The notes under the pieces were generated by a model. The model was not told the origin of the DNA. It was given only the letters and a program-made list of their open reading frames with translations, and did no database searches. A DNA stretch of 60,603 nucleotides from Promethearchaeota archaeon (lineage in GTDB: Archaea; Asgardarchaeota; Lokiarchaeia; Sigyniarchaeales; SOKP01): contig JAUWZR010000001.1 of assembly GCA_030615235.1 (NCBI GenBank), forward strand, positions 1-60,603. Reading direction: 5' to 3'. How positions within the stretch are numbered: position 1 is the first letter of the stretch; each line of letters begins with the position of its first letter. The translations under genes and the position numbers were made by a program. Shown piece after piece: positions 1 through 8,558 of the stretch.

Positions 1-225
1 CATAACAGTTGTACATGGGGTAAAAAGAAAGAAGACGGTACGAGGATGTTTAAAAGTAGTAAAGTTTGGGGTACGACCAGTGTTCAGCAGACTGCTAAAA
101 AAGGCGGTTTAACAAGAAGCGATAAGATGTATTATTGTAAAACGTGTGCTAAGAAAGTGTACATCGAGAGAGACGATAATAGCAATGCTTATTGTACTGA
201 TTGTGGCGTGAAAATGTTCGGTTAA
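1..225 (+). CDS. 3' part of an ORF open from the window edge; zinc-ribbon protein (element-borne)
   Basis: Frame 1 is open from position 1 to the TAA at 223-225. The C-terminus reads YYCKTCAKKVYIERDDNSNAYCTDCGVKMFG, a CxxC-x16-CxxC ribbon. Confidence 0.4.
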   Translation, partial: HNSCTWGKKKEDGTRMFKSSKVWGTTSVQQTAKKGGLTRSDKMYYCKTCAKKVYIERDDNSNAYCTDCGVKMFG

Positions 226-278
226 TTTTATTTAATTTTAAAAATTTGTTTTTCTTTTTTTTTTTGGTGTTGTAAAGT

Positions 279-455
279 ATGTCGAAAGTAAAAGAAATTA
301 TGATAATGATAAGTATGATTGAAAAAAGTTTTAAATTAATAAAAACAGAAAAATGTGATAATTGTAAAAATTGGAAATTTGGTTGTGAGTTGTCTGGAAG
401 TTTCCGTAGGCAATGTAAAAATAATAATTTTAAAGATTATAATCCAAAAAATTAA
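279..455 (+). CDS. 58-aa Cys-containing mini-protein (not in the ORF track because it is under 60 aa)
   Basis: ATG at 279 to TAA at 453-455. Product is MSKVKEIMIMISMIEKSFKLIKTEKCDNCKNWKFGCELSGSFRRQCKNNNFKDYNPKN. Same strand and compositional style as its neighbours. Confidence 0.3.
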   Translation: MSKVKEIMIMISMIEKSFKLIKTEKCDNCKNWKFGCELSGSFRRQCKNNNFKDYNPKN

Positions 456-475
456 AATTTGGGATGTAGTTTAAT

Positions 476-1153
476 GTGGTAAAAATTAAAGAACTTACGA
501 TGATGGTGTATCGGAAGTACACTAAAGATTTTGATTCGTTAGGTTTTAGGTTTGGGGTGACTGTAGATTTGGAAGGGGGTGATCCGAGAGATTCGTGGTA
601 TCAGGGGCGGTTGTTTTTAGGCGAAAGGATTAAAGAAGAAGAAAAGTTGGTGATAAAGAAATTTGAGTGGCTGGCAAAAAAGAAAAAGATTGATGTTAAA
701 AGTGAGTCTATGAAAGGTGTAGAATTAGTGGAAATACCTAAATTGATGGAAATACCTAAAAGTGAAAAAAAAGTAGATAAACGGAGTTTTGTGTGGGTGG
801 AAGATTCTGATGATGCGTACCATAGGATAATGTTTGAGACTAATTTTAAAAAGGATGATATTGAGAGACAAATTGAAAGAGCTAAAGGAATGGGAATAAG
901 TGAAAAAAATGCGTTAATTGAGTTTGCTGGAGAACATGAAATTTATATAAGGTTTAAAGATAGCAAACCTAAAGTTTTTAAGGAAGTGTTGGGTATAGGT
1001 TATCGGATAAGAAGGATAATGAAAGCGACAGGTTTAACGAAAGATGTTATTGAAAAAATGGTGGAAGGAAAAATAGGTGACTTGAAGGGAAAAATTAGTA
1101 GGGATGGTGCTATTTTTGTAGTAGAAAAGGAGTTAGGTGTTGATATAAAATGA
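476..1153 (+). CDS. Hypothetical protein of the element (225 aa, Lys/Glu-rich)
   Basis: Long ORF on the element's coding strand. Its stop overlaps the next start (ATGA at 1150-1153). I recognise no motif. Confidence 0.5.
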   Translation: MVKIKELTMMVYRKYTKDFDSLGFRFGVTVDLEGGDPRDSWYQGRLFLGERIKEEEKLVIKKFEWLAKKKKIDVKSESMKGVELVEIPKLMEIPKSEKKVDKRSFVWVEDSDDAYHRIMFETNFKKDDIERQIERAKGMGISEKNALIEFAGEHEIYIRFKDSKPKVFKEVLGIGYRIRRIMKATGLTKDVIEKMVEGKIGDLKGKISRDGAIFVVEKELGVDIK

Positions 1154-1473
1154 GTTTGATGGGAAGAGAAAAGAAAGCGTGGGAAAGGTTGAGAAAGGTA
1201 GAGAAAGAAAATATAGCGGAAATTAAGAAGTTGCTTAGGTTTTGGAAAAAGAGAAAAAGAAAGTTGCATCATTGCGATTATAGAATGTTAAGGGTTGAAT
1301 GGGATGAATATAGATTGTTGTATGGTGTGGCTGTAGTGGAATGTAATGAGTCTGTAGATGGGTGGTTGGTTGTGGATAATGCTGAATACGGTAATAGGGT
1401 AAACTATTGTCCGTTCTGTGGTTATAAGGCAATAATACAAATGAAGTTGAGTCGTAAGGTGAAAAAAAGGTGA
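1150..1473 (+). CDS. Hypothetical protein with a C-terminal CxxC (YCPFCGY), element-borne
   Basis: 107-aa ORF with start and stop both overlapping its neighbours. Basic N-terminus, Cys-containing C-terminal half. Confidence 0.45.
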   Translation: MSLMGREKKAWERLRKVEKENIAEIKKLLRFWKKRKRKLHHCDYRMLRVEWDEYRLLYGVAVVECNESVDGWLVVDNAEYGNRVNYCPFCGYKAIIQMKLSRKVKKR

Positions 1474-1625
1474 AAAAGTATTATTGTGAAGTGTTTGAAT
1501 GTCTAGGTAGGGCTGAATATCAATGTGTTGAAAATCAAAAAATGTATTGTAGAAATTGTAAAATATTAATGAATGTAAATGGTGCAGGAATGGAAATTAA
1601 TGATTATAGTTTTAAAAGGTTATGA
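1470..1625 (+). CDS. 51-aa zinc-ribbon mini-protein, copy 1 of a tandem pair
   Basis: GTG at 1470 overlaps the previous stop (GTGA). Product is VKKYYCEVFECLGRAEYQCVENQKMYCRNCKILMNVNGAGMEINDYSFKRL. Same length and same KK-[YH]-YCEV start as the next ORF. Confidence 0.4.
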   Translation: MKKYYCEVFECLGRAEYQCVENQKMYCRNCKILMNVNGAGMEINDYSFKRL

Positions 1626-1777
1626 AAAAACATTATTGTGAAGTGTGTGGGAGAGTAACATTGCATTATATGAATTTTCCAGTAAATTTTGAATTAAAGG
1701 AGCGATCAGAAAGGGTTGTGGTGTGTCGTGAGTGTTGGAATGTGAATGCAATAGTTTACAAAGCGTTTGAAAAATGA
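1622..1777 (+). CDS. 51-aa zinc-ribbon mini-protein, copy 2 of a tandem pair
   Basis: ATG at 1622 overlaps the previous stop (ATGA). Product is MKKHYCEVCGRVTLHYMNFPVNFELKERSERVVVCRECWNVNAIVYKAFEK, with CxxC ... CxxC. Confidence 0.4.
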   Translation: MKKHYCEVCGRVTLHYMNFPVNFELKERSERVVVCRECWNVNAIVYKAFEK

Positions 1778-1793
1778 TTTATAGTCTCTATTC

Positions 1794-2900
1794 TTGGGGG
1801 TAAAAATGGTAATAAAGTTAAAGGTTGAGTATCATCGAGAGGGTATGTTTTATACGGTAAGGGGTAAAAGGCTAAGAGATTTGAACTCGTTAAAGGATAT
1901 GCGGGAACGGATTATGATGGTAAAGAATGCGGTTTGGAAGTGGCATGTTGTTTTGACGTTTGATCCTAAAAGTTTATATCATTATTTTAGGTCGTATGGT
2001 GATGTTGGGGTAGCGTTGTCTGATTATTTTGATAAGGTAAGAGGGAAATTCTGGGGTGTAAAGTATTTCTGGAAGTACGAAGAAGGTCAAAAAGTGTGGT
2101 GTATAGCTTGCGATAAAAAAGTAGATTTTATTTATGTTGTGGGTCGTGAAGGGTGGGTTATTTGTGAAGAGTGTGGAAAAGAAATTAAGGGGGGCGATTT
2201 ACCACACTTTCATTTGTTGTATGATTTTGTGAATCGGGGTGTGAGGTGTAGGTTAGATAATGTTGTTAAAACTTTAAAAAAGATAAAAAAAGTGAAGGTG
2301 AAACAAACGCCTAAAGGGAAGCTTATGTTGTTGGAGTGGGTTGAAAAAGAATTGAAGGTGTTACCAATGAAAAAGTTGATATTTCCAAAAAATTGGAGTG
2401 TGTTTGATTGGAAAAAATGGGAAAAGGATCAGCGAAAGTATGAAAATAACAAAAATAAAACTTTGTTGGAGTTGTTGGTGGGTTATTATCATTTTAAGAA
2501 ATGGGGTAATGGGTTGGTGCTTGCAAGGAAAATAAGAAATTATATGGATTTGAAAAAGTATGTAAAGAAAGATTTTTTTAAATATACGGAAGCTAAGTAT
2601 TTAAAGGGGGGTAAAAGAAAGTGGACTAATAGTTTGAATCTGTTGTATGAAAAAGGTGGTGAAGTAAGTGAAGGATGGGTAATGGTGTTAGAGACAATTG
2701 GTAAGTTTGAACCTGAAGAAGCGTTAGTTATGGTAATGAGGAGTAAAGAAAATATGATTGAGTATTATGATGGAAGGGGTCAAATTGGTAAATATATCTA
2801 TAAAAGAGTGATTGATGATATTAAAGGTTTTATTGTTGTTAAAAAACAGAAAATAATAAAAGTTAAAGAAAAGGTACAAGAAAGGTTTGATGTTTGGTAA
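1794..2900 (+). CDS. rep: Rolling-circle replication initiator (HUH-superfamily Rep) with an inserted zinc ribbon
   Basis: Motif I-like WHVVLTFDP, HUH motif II LPHFHLLYDF and motif III-like KKYVKKDFFKY (YxxK) occur in the canonical order. CIAC-x20-CEEC lies between motifs I and II. The real start is probably the ATG at 1806. Confidence 0.6.
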   Translation: MGVKMVIKLKVEYHREGMFYTVRGKRLRDLNSLKDMRERIMMVKNAVWKWHVVLTFDPKSLYHYFRSYGDVGVALSDYFDKVRGKFWGVKYFWKYEEGQKVWCIACDKKVDFIYVVGREGWVICEECGKEIKGGDLPHFHLLYDFVNRGVRCRLDNVVKTLKKIKKVKVKQTPKGKLMLLEWVEKELKVLPMKKLIFPKNWSVFDWKKWEKDQRKYENNKNKTLLELLVGYYHFKKWGNGLVLARKIRNYMDLKKYVKKDFFKYTEAKYLKGGKRKWTNSLNLLYEKGGEVSEGWVMVLETIGKFEPEEALVMVMRSKENMIEYYDGRGQIGKYIYKRVIDDIKGFIVVKKQKIIKVKEKVQERFDVW

Positions 2901-2937
2901 ACAGAGGGATTTGTAATTGTTGTCGGTATAAAGTTGT

Positions 2938-3035
2938 CAAGACTCGCAGTGTTTCAAAATACCGTCGTTTTCTTTTAGAATATGGAGGACGGAAATCTTT
3001 TTTCTTTTGCGACGGTGTTTTGTTGCGAGTCTTGG
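2938..3035. repeat. Long imperfect inverted repeat (hairpin) just downstream of rep
   Basis: CAAGACTCGCA (2938-2948) pairs with TGCGAGTCTTG (3025-3035), and CCGTCG (2962-2967) pairs with CGACGG (3010-3015). An extra CAAAA/TTTTG pairing lies between them. The ~42-nt apical region contains TTTTCTTTT twice. Confidence 0.65.
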
Positions 3036-3133
3036 GTTCAAAAGAAAACTTTTTCCGTAATTGTACTAATTATTCTTATTGCTTTGCTTATTCCTATTGT
3101 TTTTCGTTTAAGTTAATGTAGTGGTTGTCGTCT

Positions 3134-3154
3134 CTCGGGCGAAACCGAGTTTTT
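3134..3154 (+). terminator. Short stem-loop followed by a T-run at the element/chromosome composition boundary
   Basis: CTCGG (3134-3138), loop GCGAAA, CCGAG (3145-3149), then TTTTT (3150-3154). Confidence 0.35.
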
Positions 3155-3223
3155 ATTAATATAAATCTAAATATAATAATATAATTGGAATCTATCTTCA
3201 AATTTTAATTTTTACAATAAGTA

Positions 3224-4111
3224 GTGAATAAAATCAAAGCAACAGACAATATAACTTCAAGTATCATTAAATATTTACAGACAAATTTAAAAGGCGATAT
3301 TATTAGTATCTTTGGTATTGGTAGTTATTTTGATAAAAATCTTCCATCCGATTGGAGAAATACTGATATTGATGTAATTGTAATCGTATCTACCTTGGAT
3401 AAAATTACGAAACTCGATTGGACTGATGTTCGTTACGAAGTTAGAAAATTTGATAACCATAATACATGGATAGGATATAACACCATTCAAGGACTAAAAA
3501 CAAAAAAGCTTTTCGTTCAGGAATCCTTCGCAAATTATGAATGGAGTTTAATGGATTTAAAATTTAAAGAAAATTCTCAACTTTTATATGGAAAAGATAT
3601 TAGAGAGCAAGTTCCAGACCCTTTTAATTTTGATTTTGATTATAACGATATTTTAGCTAGATGCCTTTATCATTTGGATAAAAGTCTAAAAGCGAGCCAA
3701 ATTCGGGGGAATTCAGAACAAGCCATGATCGAATTTACAAAAGCGGTATTTAAATTTGGATTCTATTTGTGCCTTTTCTTCAGTAAAAGGTACTATCTGA
3801 CTTCAGTTCATAACATTTCATTACAACTTGATAAATTGTTATTGGATAACGATATACAGACCTCCATGCTTAATTTCATGAAGGAATCCATAATTTTTAG
3901 GAGAACAAATAAATTTTCTAAAAGATTCGAAATAATTAGAAAAAATTATGTGTTATTTACGCTTTTCCTACTCAGAAGTGGAATTCTTCATAGAAAGTAT
4001 GAGTTTCAAGAGTTGTTGATATTCCTCAAAAAAAAGTTTAATGGTATGCCTTATCTTATCTCTTACCTTAAGAAAGCAAAAAACATATTTTATTCTACTA
4101 AAACAAATTAA
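3224..4111 (+). CDS. Nucleotidyltransferase-domain protein (Pol-beta/MNT/KNTase-like fold)
   Basis: The block IFGIGSYFDKNLPSDWRNTDIDVIV fits the G[SG]-x(9-13)-DxD NTase signature. The C-terminal part looks helical. Confidence 0.6.
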   Translation: MNKIKATDNITSSIIKYLQTNLKGDIISIFGIGSYFDKNLPSDWRNTDIDVIVIVSTLDKITKLDWTDVRYEVRKFDNHNTWIGYNTIQGLKTKKLFVQESFANYEWSLMDLKFKENSQLLYGKDIREQVPDPFNFDFDYNDILARCLYHLDKSLKASQIRGNSEQAMIEFTKAVFKFGFYLCLFFSKRYYLTSVHNISLQLDKLLLDNDIQTSMLNFMKESIIFRRTNKFSKRFEIIRKNYVLFTLFLLRSGILHRKYEFQELLIFLKKKFNGMPYLISYLKKAKNIFYSTKTN

Positions 4112-4223
4112 CTTATATTTTTATCATCCCTTCGTTGACACATTTAAATTCAGATTGATAAAGTTAAAAAAAAATAAATTATAAGATCTTACTCAAACTA
4201 TAAAAAAAATAATACGATTTTTA

Positions 4224-4451
4224 ATGTTATTTATACTCCTACAAATCAACGGGTTTCAAGTTCCCTCATTAACTATATGGATATTAGCATGGATTTTTCT
4301 CATAATTGGATTATTAGCTTTGAGTACTTTAGTCGTCTATACTAAATACGGCAGAGAAATATCCATTAAACTCTCTATTATATCGATCAGTATTTCTGCG
4401 GTGTTGTTGGGCTTTTCTTTACACTTCTTCCTAATTACATTTGGGATATAA
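4224..4451 (+). CDS. Small membrane protein (2-3 predicted TM helices)
   Basis: 75-aa ORF made almost entirely of hydrophobic stretches. Confidence 0.4.
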   Translation: MLFILLQINGFQVPSLTIWILAWIFLIIGLLALSTLVVYTKYGREISIKLSIISISISAVLLGFSLHFFLITFGI

Positions 4452-4636
4452 TTCTGCTTGGCGTAATTGAGGATTGACCTTCTTCTAATACAAATACGCT
4501 TTTAAATATTGTAATGAGTTAATTCTTATTTCTTAAAAAATCAGTATTATATTTAATAAATATTTATAAAAGAAGGAGAGTATGTTTTCTTAATTTAAAA
4601 AATAAACTTACTTAAATATTTAATTGGAGCGTAAAA

Positions 4637-5056
4637 ATGTTATTTCAACTAGATCCTACTTTAATGTTTATTCTATGGTTAATTTTAGCAACTGTCATTG
4701 TCGCATTAATCCTATACATTTCGGTATTACTTATAGCATCAAAAACTAAAGCTTCTGATAAAAAATTTGTAATAGTCATCTTAGCTTTTATCTTTGTTTT
4801 GATAATTCCAATAATTCTTGGAGCTATAAATCAAGTGCTAGGCGCAATAGGTGACTTAGTAGCTTTTAGTGGTTCAAACTATTTAACTCAGTTAACACCA
4901 ATCATTGGATTTCTAATAATTTTAGTATTAACTAAATTTTTCATCAGTATTCCGTGGGATCAGGCTGTATGGATATCCCTATTGACACTGTTTTTCCTGT
5001 TCCTTCTCTATACTATGATACCAGAGCTTTATAATTTCTTAGGGTTTGGGCTTTAA
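4637..5056 (+). CDS. Membrane protein (about 4 TM helices)
   Basis: 139-aa hydrophobic ORF, convergent with rpoB. Confidence 0.5.
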   Translation: MLFQLDPTLMFILWLILATVIVALILYISVLLIASKTKASDKKFVIVILAFIFVLIIPIILGAINQVLGAIGDLVAFSGSNYLTQLTPIIGFLIILVLTKFFISIPWDQAVWISLLTLFFLFLLYTMIPELYNFLGFGL

Positions 5057-5077
5057 TTTTTTTAATTTTTTTTTTTT
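5057..5077 (+). terminator. Oligo-T tract, archaeal-type terminator candidate
   Basis: T7-AA-T12 follows directly after the TAA at 5054-5056. A-runs at 5111-5135 could do the same for rpoB on the other strand. Confidence 0.35.
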
Positions 5078-5141
5078 ATAAAATAGTAATTACAGCTTCT
5101 TTGTTCAACCAATAAAAAAGAGTGTAAAAAAGATAATTTAC

Positions 5142-8100
5142 TTAAATTTTTTCTTTCAACTTGAGCCTAGGAGCTAATCCGAGAGACATCATTTCTTGGA
5201 GAAGAAGTTTGAATGCATAAGAGCATACAACCTTAGATATGATCGTTCCTTCCCCACACACCGGACAATATCTCTTATCTCTGTTCCTATCATAAACTGC
5301 AAGAAGCCCACACTTCTCGCAAACTAAGACAACAGTTCTATCGGATTCATCAAGAAGCCTCTCCTTTAATAACAAAGCAGATCCGTGCCCTACTAAACAA
5401 TCTCTTTCCATCTCGCCAAACCGTAATCCACCTTCTCTTGCTCTGCCTTCTGTTGGTTGCCTTGTTAAGATTTGAACGGGTCCTCTCGCCCTAGCGTGGA
5501 GTTTATCAGCAACGAGGTGATATAATTTCTGGTAATAAATCGGGGCGCAGTAGATTCCAGCTTCGTATTGTTTACCCGTAATACCGTTATACATTACTTC
5601 CCTACCGTTAAATTCAAATCCCGCTTCAACCAATTGTTCTTGGAGTTTAGTGATGTCTTTCCACTCGAAGGCAGTTGCGTCTCCTAATTTACCGGTTGAA
5701 CAGGCTATCTTACCGCTAATACCTTCAAAAAGTTGTCCAAGCGTCATTCGTGAAGGCATTGCGTGAGGATTTACAATTATATCTGGAATTACTCCCTTGG
5801 ATGTGAAGGGCATATCTTCAGCTGGTTGAACTAATCCAAGCACTCCTTTCTGTCCATGCCTGGAAGAAAATTTATCTCCTAATTCCGGAATGCGTAAATC
5901 TCTGACTTTAATCTTTACCAGTTTATTTCCATCAACGGTTTCTGAAATGATAACCGTGTCAACAATGCCTTTTTCGTTATGACGCATGTTTTTTGATGTT
6001 TCCCGCCTATTAGGCTGCATTAATTCAAATTCTTCGTAGGATTTAATAAACCGAGGAGGTGAAGTTCTACCGATAAGGACATCACCGCCCTTAACAGTAG
6101 TTTCAGGTTCGATAATACCATCCTCTTCAGAAAGTAATCTATATGATTCAGCAGATTTAAACCCTCTTACGCCTCTCTCTGGTATCTCAAATTTATCTAA
6201 CTCTCCTCCTGGATATTTTCTTTCTTCGGCGTCGTATGTTCTAAAGAAGTGACTCCGAGCTAATCCTCGCTCGATGGAGGCTTTGTTAATTATTATCGCG
6301 TCTTCAATGTTATACCCCTCAAAACTCATCATCCCGATTATGAAATTCTGTCCAGCAGGTCTACGATTAATTCCTATTATTTCCACAGGGCTGGTTTTTA
6401 CGAGCGCTTGTTGGGGGTAATGAAGCGTATGACCCCGCGTATCAAGCCGTAGATGCATGTTTGCCGCGAATAACCCTAAAGCTTGTTTAACCATTCCTGC
6501 TTCGTACGTATTTCGTGGAGACTGGTTATGTTCTGGAAATGGAATAATAGAAGCGCAAATTCCTAATATAGCTGCTGGAGAGATTTCTAAATGTGTGTGT
6601 TCGGCCGTGATATCTTCTTCAAACATCGCAATATAGGCGTTTTCTTCTTCTTCTGCGTCTAAGTATTCTATAACGCCTTTCTGAATTAAATCGGACCAAA
6701 TATACTTACCTAGCTTGAGTTTTTCAATATCTTCCTTTGTAATCAATAATTCCTTATTTTTGATGATAAATAGTGGTCGCGTGGCTCGTCCAGCGTCACA
6801 ATTAATTTGCACCTCTTTAGAATCGTGATAATACCCAATATTAACATGTACACCAATTTCACCTTTCCGCCTCTTTTCTCGAAGTTGATTTGTGAATGGG
6901 TTATATTTTTGATGAATCCCAACTAATTTTCCGTTTAGAAAAATGTTCACTTTTTCTCCTCTTACGCTTTTTACTTCACTTATCGGGATTACTCCGAGAT
7001 CAAATAGTATATTTTCTAAAATTCTTTCGTCTACCCCAACAGAAATTATTGAAGCAAGCGCAAGATTTTTAACTAGCCCACAGTTTGGTCCTTCTGGTGT
7101 TTCTGCAGGACAAATCTTCCCCCACTGCGTAGGATGTAAATCTCTCGCCTCAAAATGGGGTTGACTTCTGCTTAATGGAGATATAACTCTCCTTAAATGG
7201 CTTAAAGTTCCTACGTGATTCGTTCGGTTTAATAATTGACTAACGCCTGCTTTTCCTCCAACCCAGTTACCAGTTGCCAAAGCGTGCCTAATTCTTTCCG
7301 TAATTACATCTGCTCTCACAGCAGTTTTAATATTAGGAGCTCGTCCTCGTACCGCGGTACGTTCTAATTGATATTTTATATCTTTTACTAAGTTCAGAAA
7401 CGCAACTCTAAAAAGAGAAGTGAATAATTCTCCAGCTAATTTCAACCTTTTGTTAGCGTAATGGTCTTTATCATCGGCTTCTCGAAGCCCTAAGTTAAGT
7501 TCCATAACCTTTTGAGCCATCTGTCCTAAGTAGTAAGCTTTTTTGATACGGTCTTCTTCGGCATTTCCAATGTGAGGTAAAAGATACCTATCTAAAACTT
7601 GAAGCGCTCTCCGAATACGGTAGTCTTTTGTTTGGCCAATGGCGACTCTTTTTCCAATGTAATCTAATGAGTTTTGTTGGGATTTCTCAGAGTCTTTTAA
7701 AACCTGGATTTCGGACGCAACATCTATAACTGGAATTAATTCTTTTTGGATATCTTCATTTTCCGAGATAGCTTCAAAAATTTCTTTATCCGAGTGTAAT
7801 CCTAAAGCACGCATTAATATCGCGAGGGGAATCTTCCCAGGAACCGAAGGAAAAGAAACTCTTAAATTACCATCTTTCTTTCTCTCAATAGTTACTGGTG
7901 CCCGAAATCCACTTCTCGTTGAAAAAACCTTTGCTTGGTGTGTGGCACTCGAGCTTCGACTTGCCTCTTCGGCTAAAATTCTATTAGGGGCTAAATCTTC
8001 TTGAGTCACCAGTACGCGCTCTGTTCCATTAATGATAAAATATCCTCCTGGATCAAGTGGATCTTCTCCTCGATTAACTAACTCTTGTTCAGTCAAATTT

Positions 8101-8513
8101 TCTAAAGGGCATCGACAACTTTTTAGCATTATAGGAATCTTACCAATATATATGTCTAATGTTTCTTCTGCCTCCTCCCTTTGAGTTCGTTCGTCTATCG
8201 TTATAGGAGTCATTTCTAGCGTAATATCTGCTGCATAACTTAACTCTCGTATCCTAGCCTCAATGGGCGTGATTTCCATAGTAGCCCCATCTGCTTCTCT
8301 AACTTTTGGTATTCCTACTTTGATCTTCCCGAAATTGATTTTGAATCCCGGGATATCTGGTATTACCTCGCCAGATTCAACGACGATACTTCGCATTTCT
8401 TCTTCAATAAAACTATTGTAAGAATCAAGGTGTTGGCGAACTAACCCTTTTTCGTCAAATAAGCTTTTTAGCACGACCCACTTGTCGTTATTGGATAATT
8501 TTTCAGAACTCAA
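5142..8513 (-). CDS. rpoB: DNA-directed RNA polymerase subunit B (Rpo2), unsplit
   Basis: 1123 aa. Contains GGLRFGEMERDCLVGHG and the C-terminal Zn-ribbon CEKCG...CPVCG typical of the second-largest RNAP subunit. Lies directly downstream of rpoH. Confidence 0.97.
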   Translation of the reverse strand: MSSEKLSNNDKWVVLKSLFDEKGLVRQHLDSYNSFIEEEMRSIVVESGEVIPDIPGFKINFGKIKVGIPKVREADGATMEITPIEARIRELSYAADITLEMTPITIDERTQREEAEETLDIYIGKIPIMLKSCRCPLENLTEQELVNRGEDPLDPGGYFIINGTERVLVTQEDLAPNRILAEEASRSSSATHQAKVFSTRSGFRAPVTIERKKDGNLRVSFPSVPGKIPLAILMRALGLHSDKEIFEAISENEDIQKELIPVIDVASEIQVLKDSEKSQQNSLDYIGKRVAIGQTKDYRIRRALQVLDRYLLPHIGNAEEDRIKKAYYLGQMAQKVMELNLGLREADDKDHYANKRLKLAGELFTSLFRVAFLNLVKDIKYQLERTAVRGRAPNIKTAVRADVITERIRHALATGNWVGGKAGVSQLLNRTNHVGTLSHLRRVISPLSRSQPHFEARDLHPTQWGKICPAETPEGPNCGLVKNLALASIISVGVDERILENILFDLGVIPISEVKSVRGEKVNIFLNGKLVGIHQKYNPFTNQLREKRRKGEIGVHVNIGYYHDSKEVQINCDAGRATRPLFIIKNKELLITKEDIEKLKLGKYIWSDLIQKGVIEYLDAEEEENAYIAMFEEDITAEHTHLEISPAAILGICASIIPFPEHNQSPRNTYEAGMVKQALGLFAANMHLRLDTRGHTLHYPQQALVKTSPVEIIGINRRPAGQNFIIGMMSFEGYNIEDAIIINKASIERGLARSHFFRTYDAEERKYPGGELDKFEIPERGVRGFKSAESYRLLSEEDGIIEPETTVKGGDVLIGRTSPPRFIKSYEEFELMQPNRRETSKNMRHNEKGIVDTVIISETVDGNKLVKIKVRDLRIPELGDKFSSRHGQKGVLGLVQPAEDMPFTSKGVIPDIIVNPHAMPSRMTLGQLFEGISGKIACSTGKLGDATAFEWKDITKLQEQLVEAGFEFNGREVMYNGITGKQYEAGIYCAPIYYQKLYHLVADKLHARARGPVQILTRQPTEGRAREGGLRFGEMERDCLVGHGSALLLKERLLDESDRTVVLVCEKCGLLAVYDRNRDKRYCPVCGEGTIISKVVCSYAFKLLLQEMMSLGLAPRLKLKEKI

Positions 8514-8558
8514 TTTTGATTAACCTATTAAAATATTATTTTTAATTAAAAAGTTTTT

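Larger units (their letters stand above)
1..3120 (+). mobile_element. Right-hand part of a small rolling-circle (HUH Rep) plasmid/virus-like element; the left end lies outside the window
   Basis: All plausible ORFs are on the + strand and abut or overlap by 4 nt. The + strand is G/T/A-rich and C-poor, unlike the rest of the window. The block has an HUH Rep ORF, several CxxC mini-proteins, and terminal hairpins at 2938-3154 followed by a change in composition. Confidence 0.55.

Noticed and set aside
1000-1432. Minus-strand ORFs 1000-1272 and 1235-1432 within the element
   Set aside because: They run antisense to the consistently + strand, tightly chained element genes, and their products are low-complexity (Phe/Ser/Pro/His-rich).
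2894-3121. 75-aa + strand ORF in the track, downstream of rep
   Set aside because: It is almost entirely covered by the long inverted repeat and T-rich apex at 2938-3035. Its product is Cys/Phe/Arg-rich with no start context. It is more plausibly a structured non-coding origin or attachment region.
6943-7164. Antisense ORFs inside rpoB (6943-7164) and inside the PolD large-subunit gene (15813-16061, 17610-18092)
   Set aside because: These lie wholly within well-supported long genes on the opposite strand. They are short, with no motifs, and are typical shadow ORFs.
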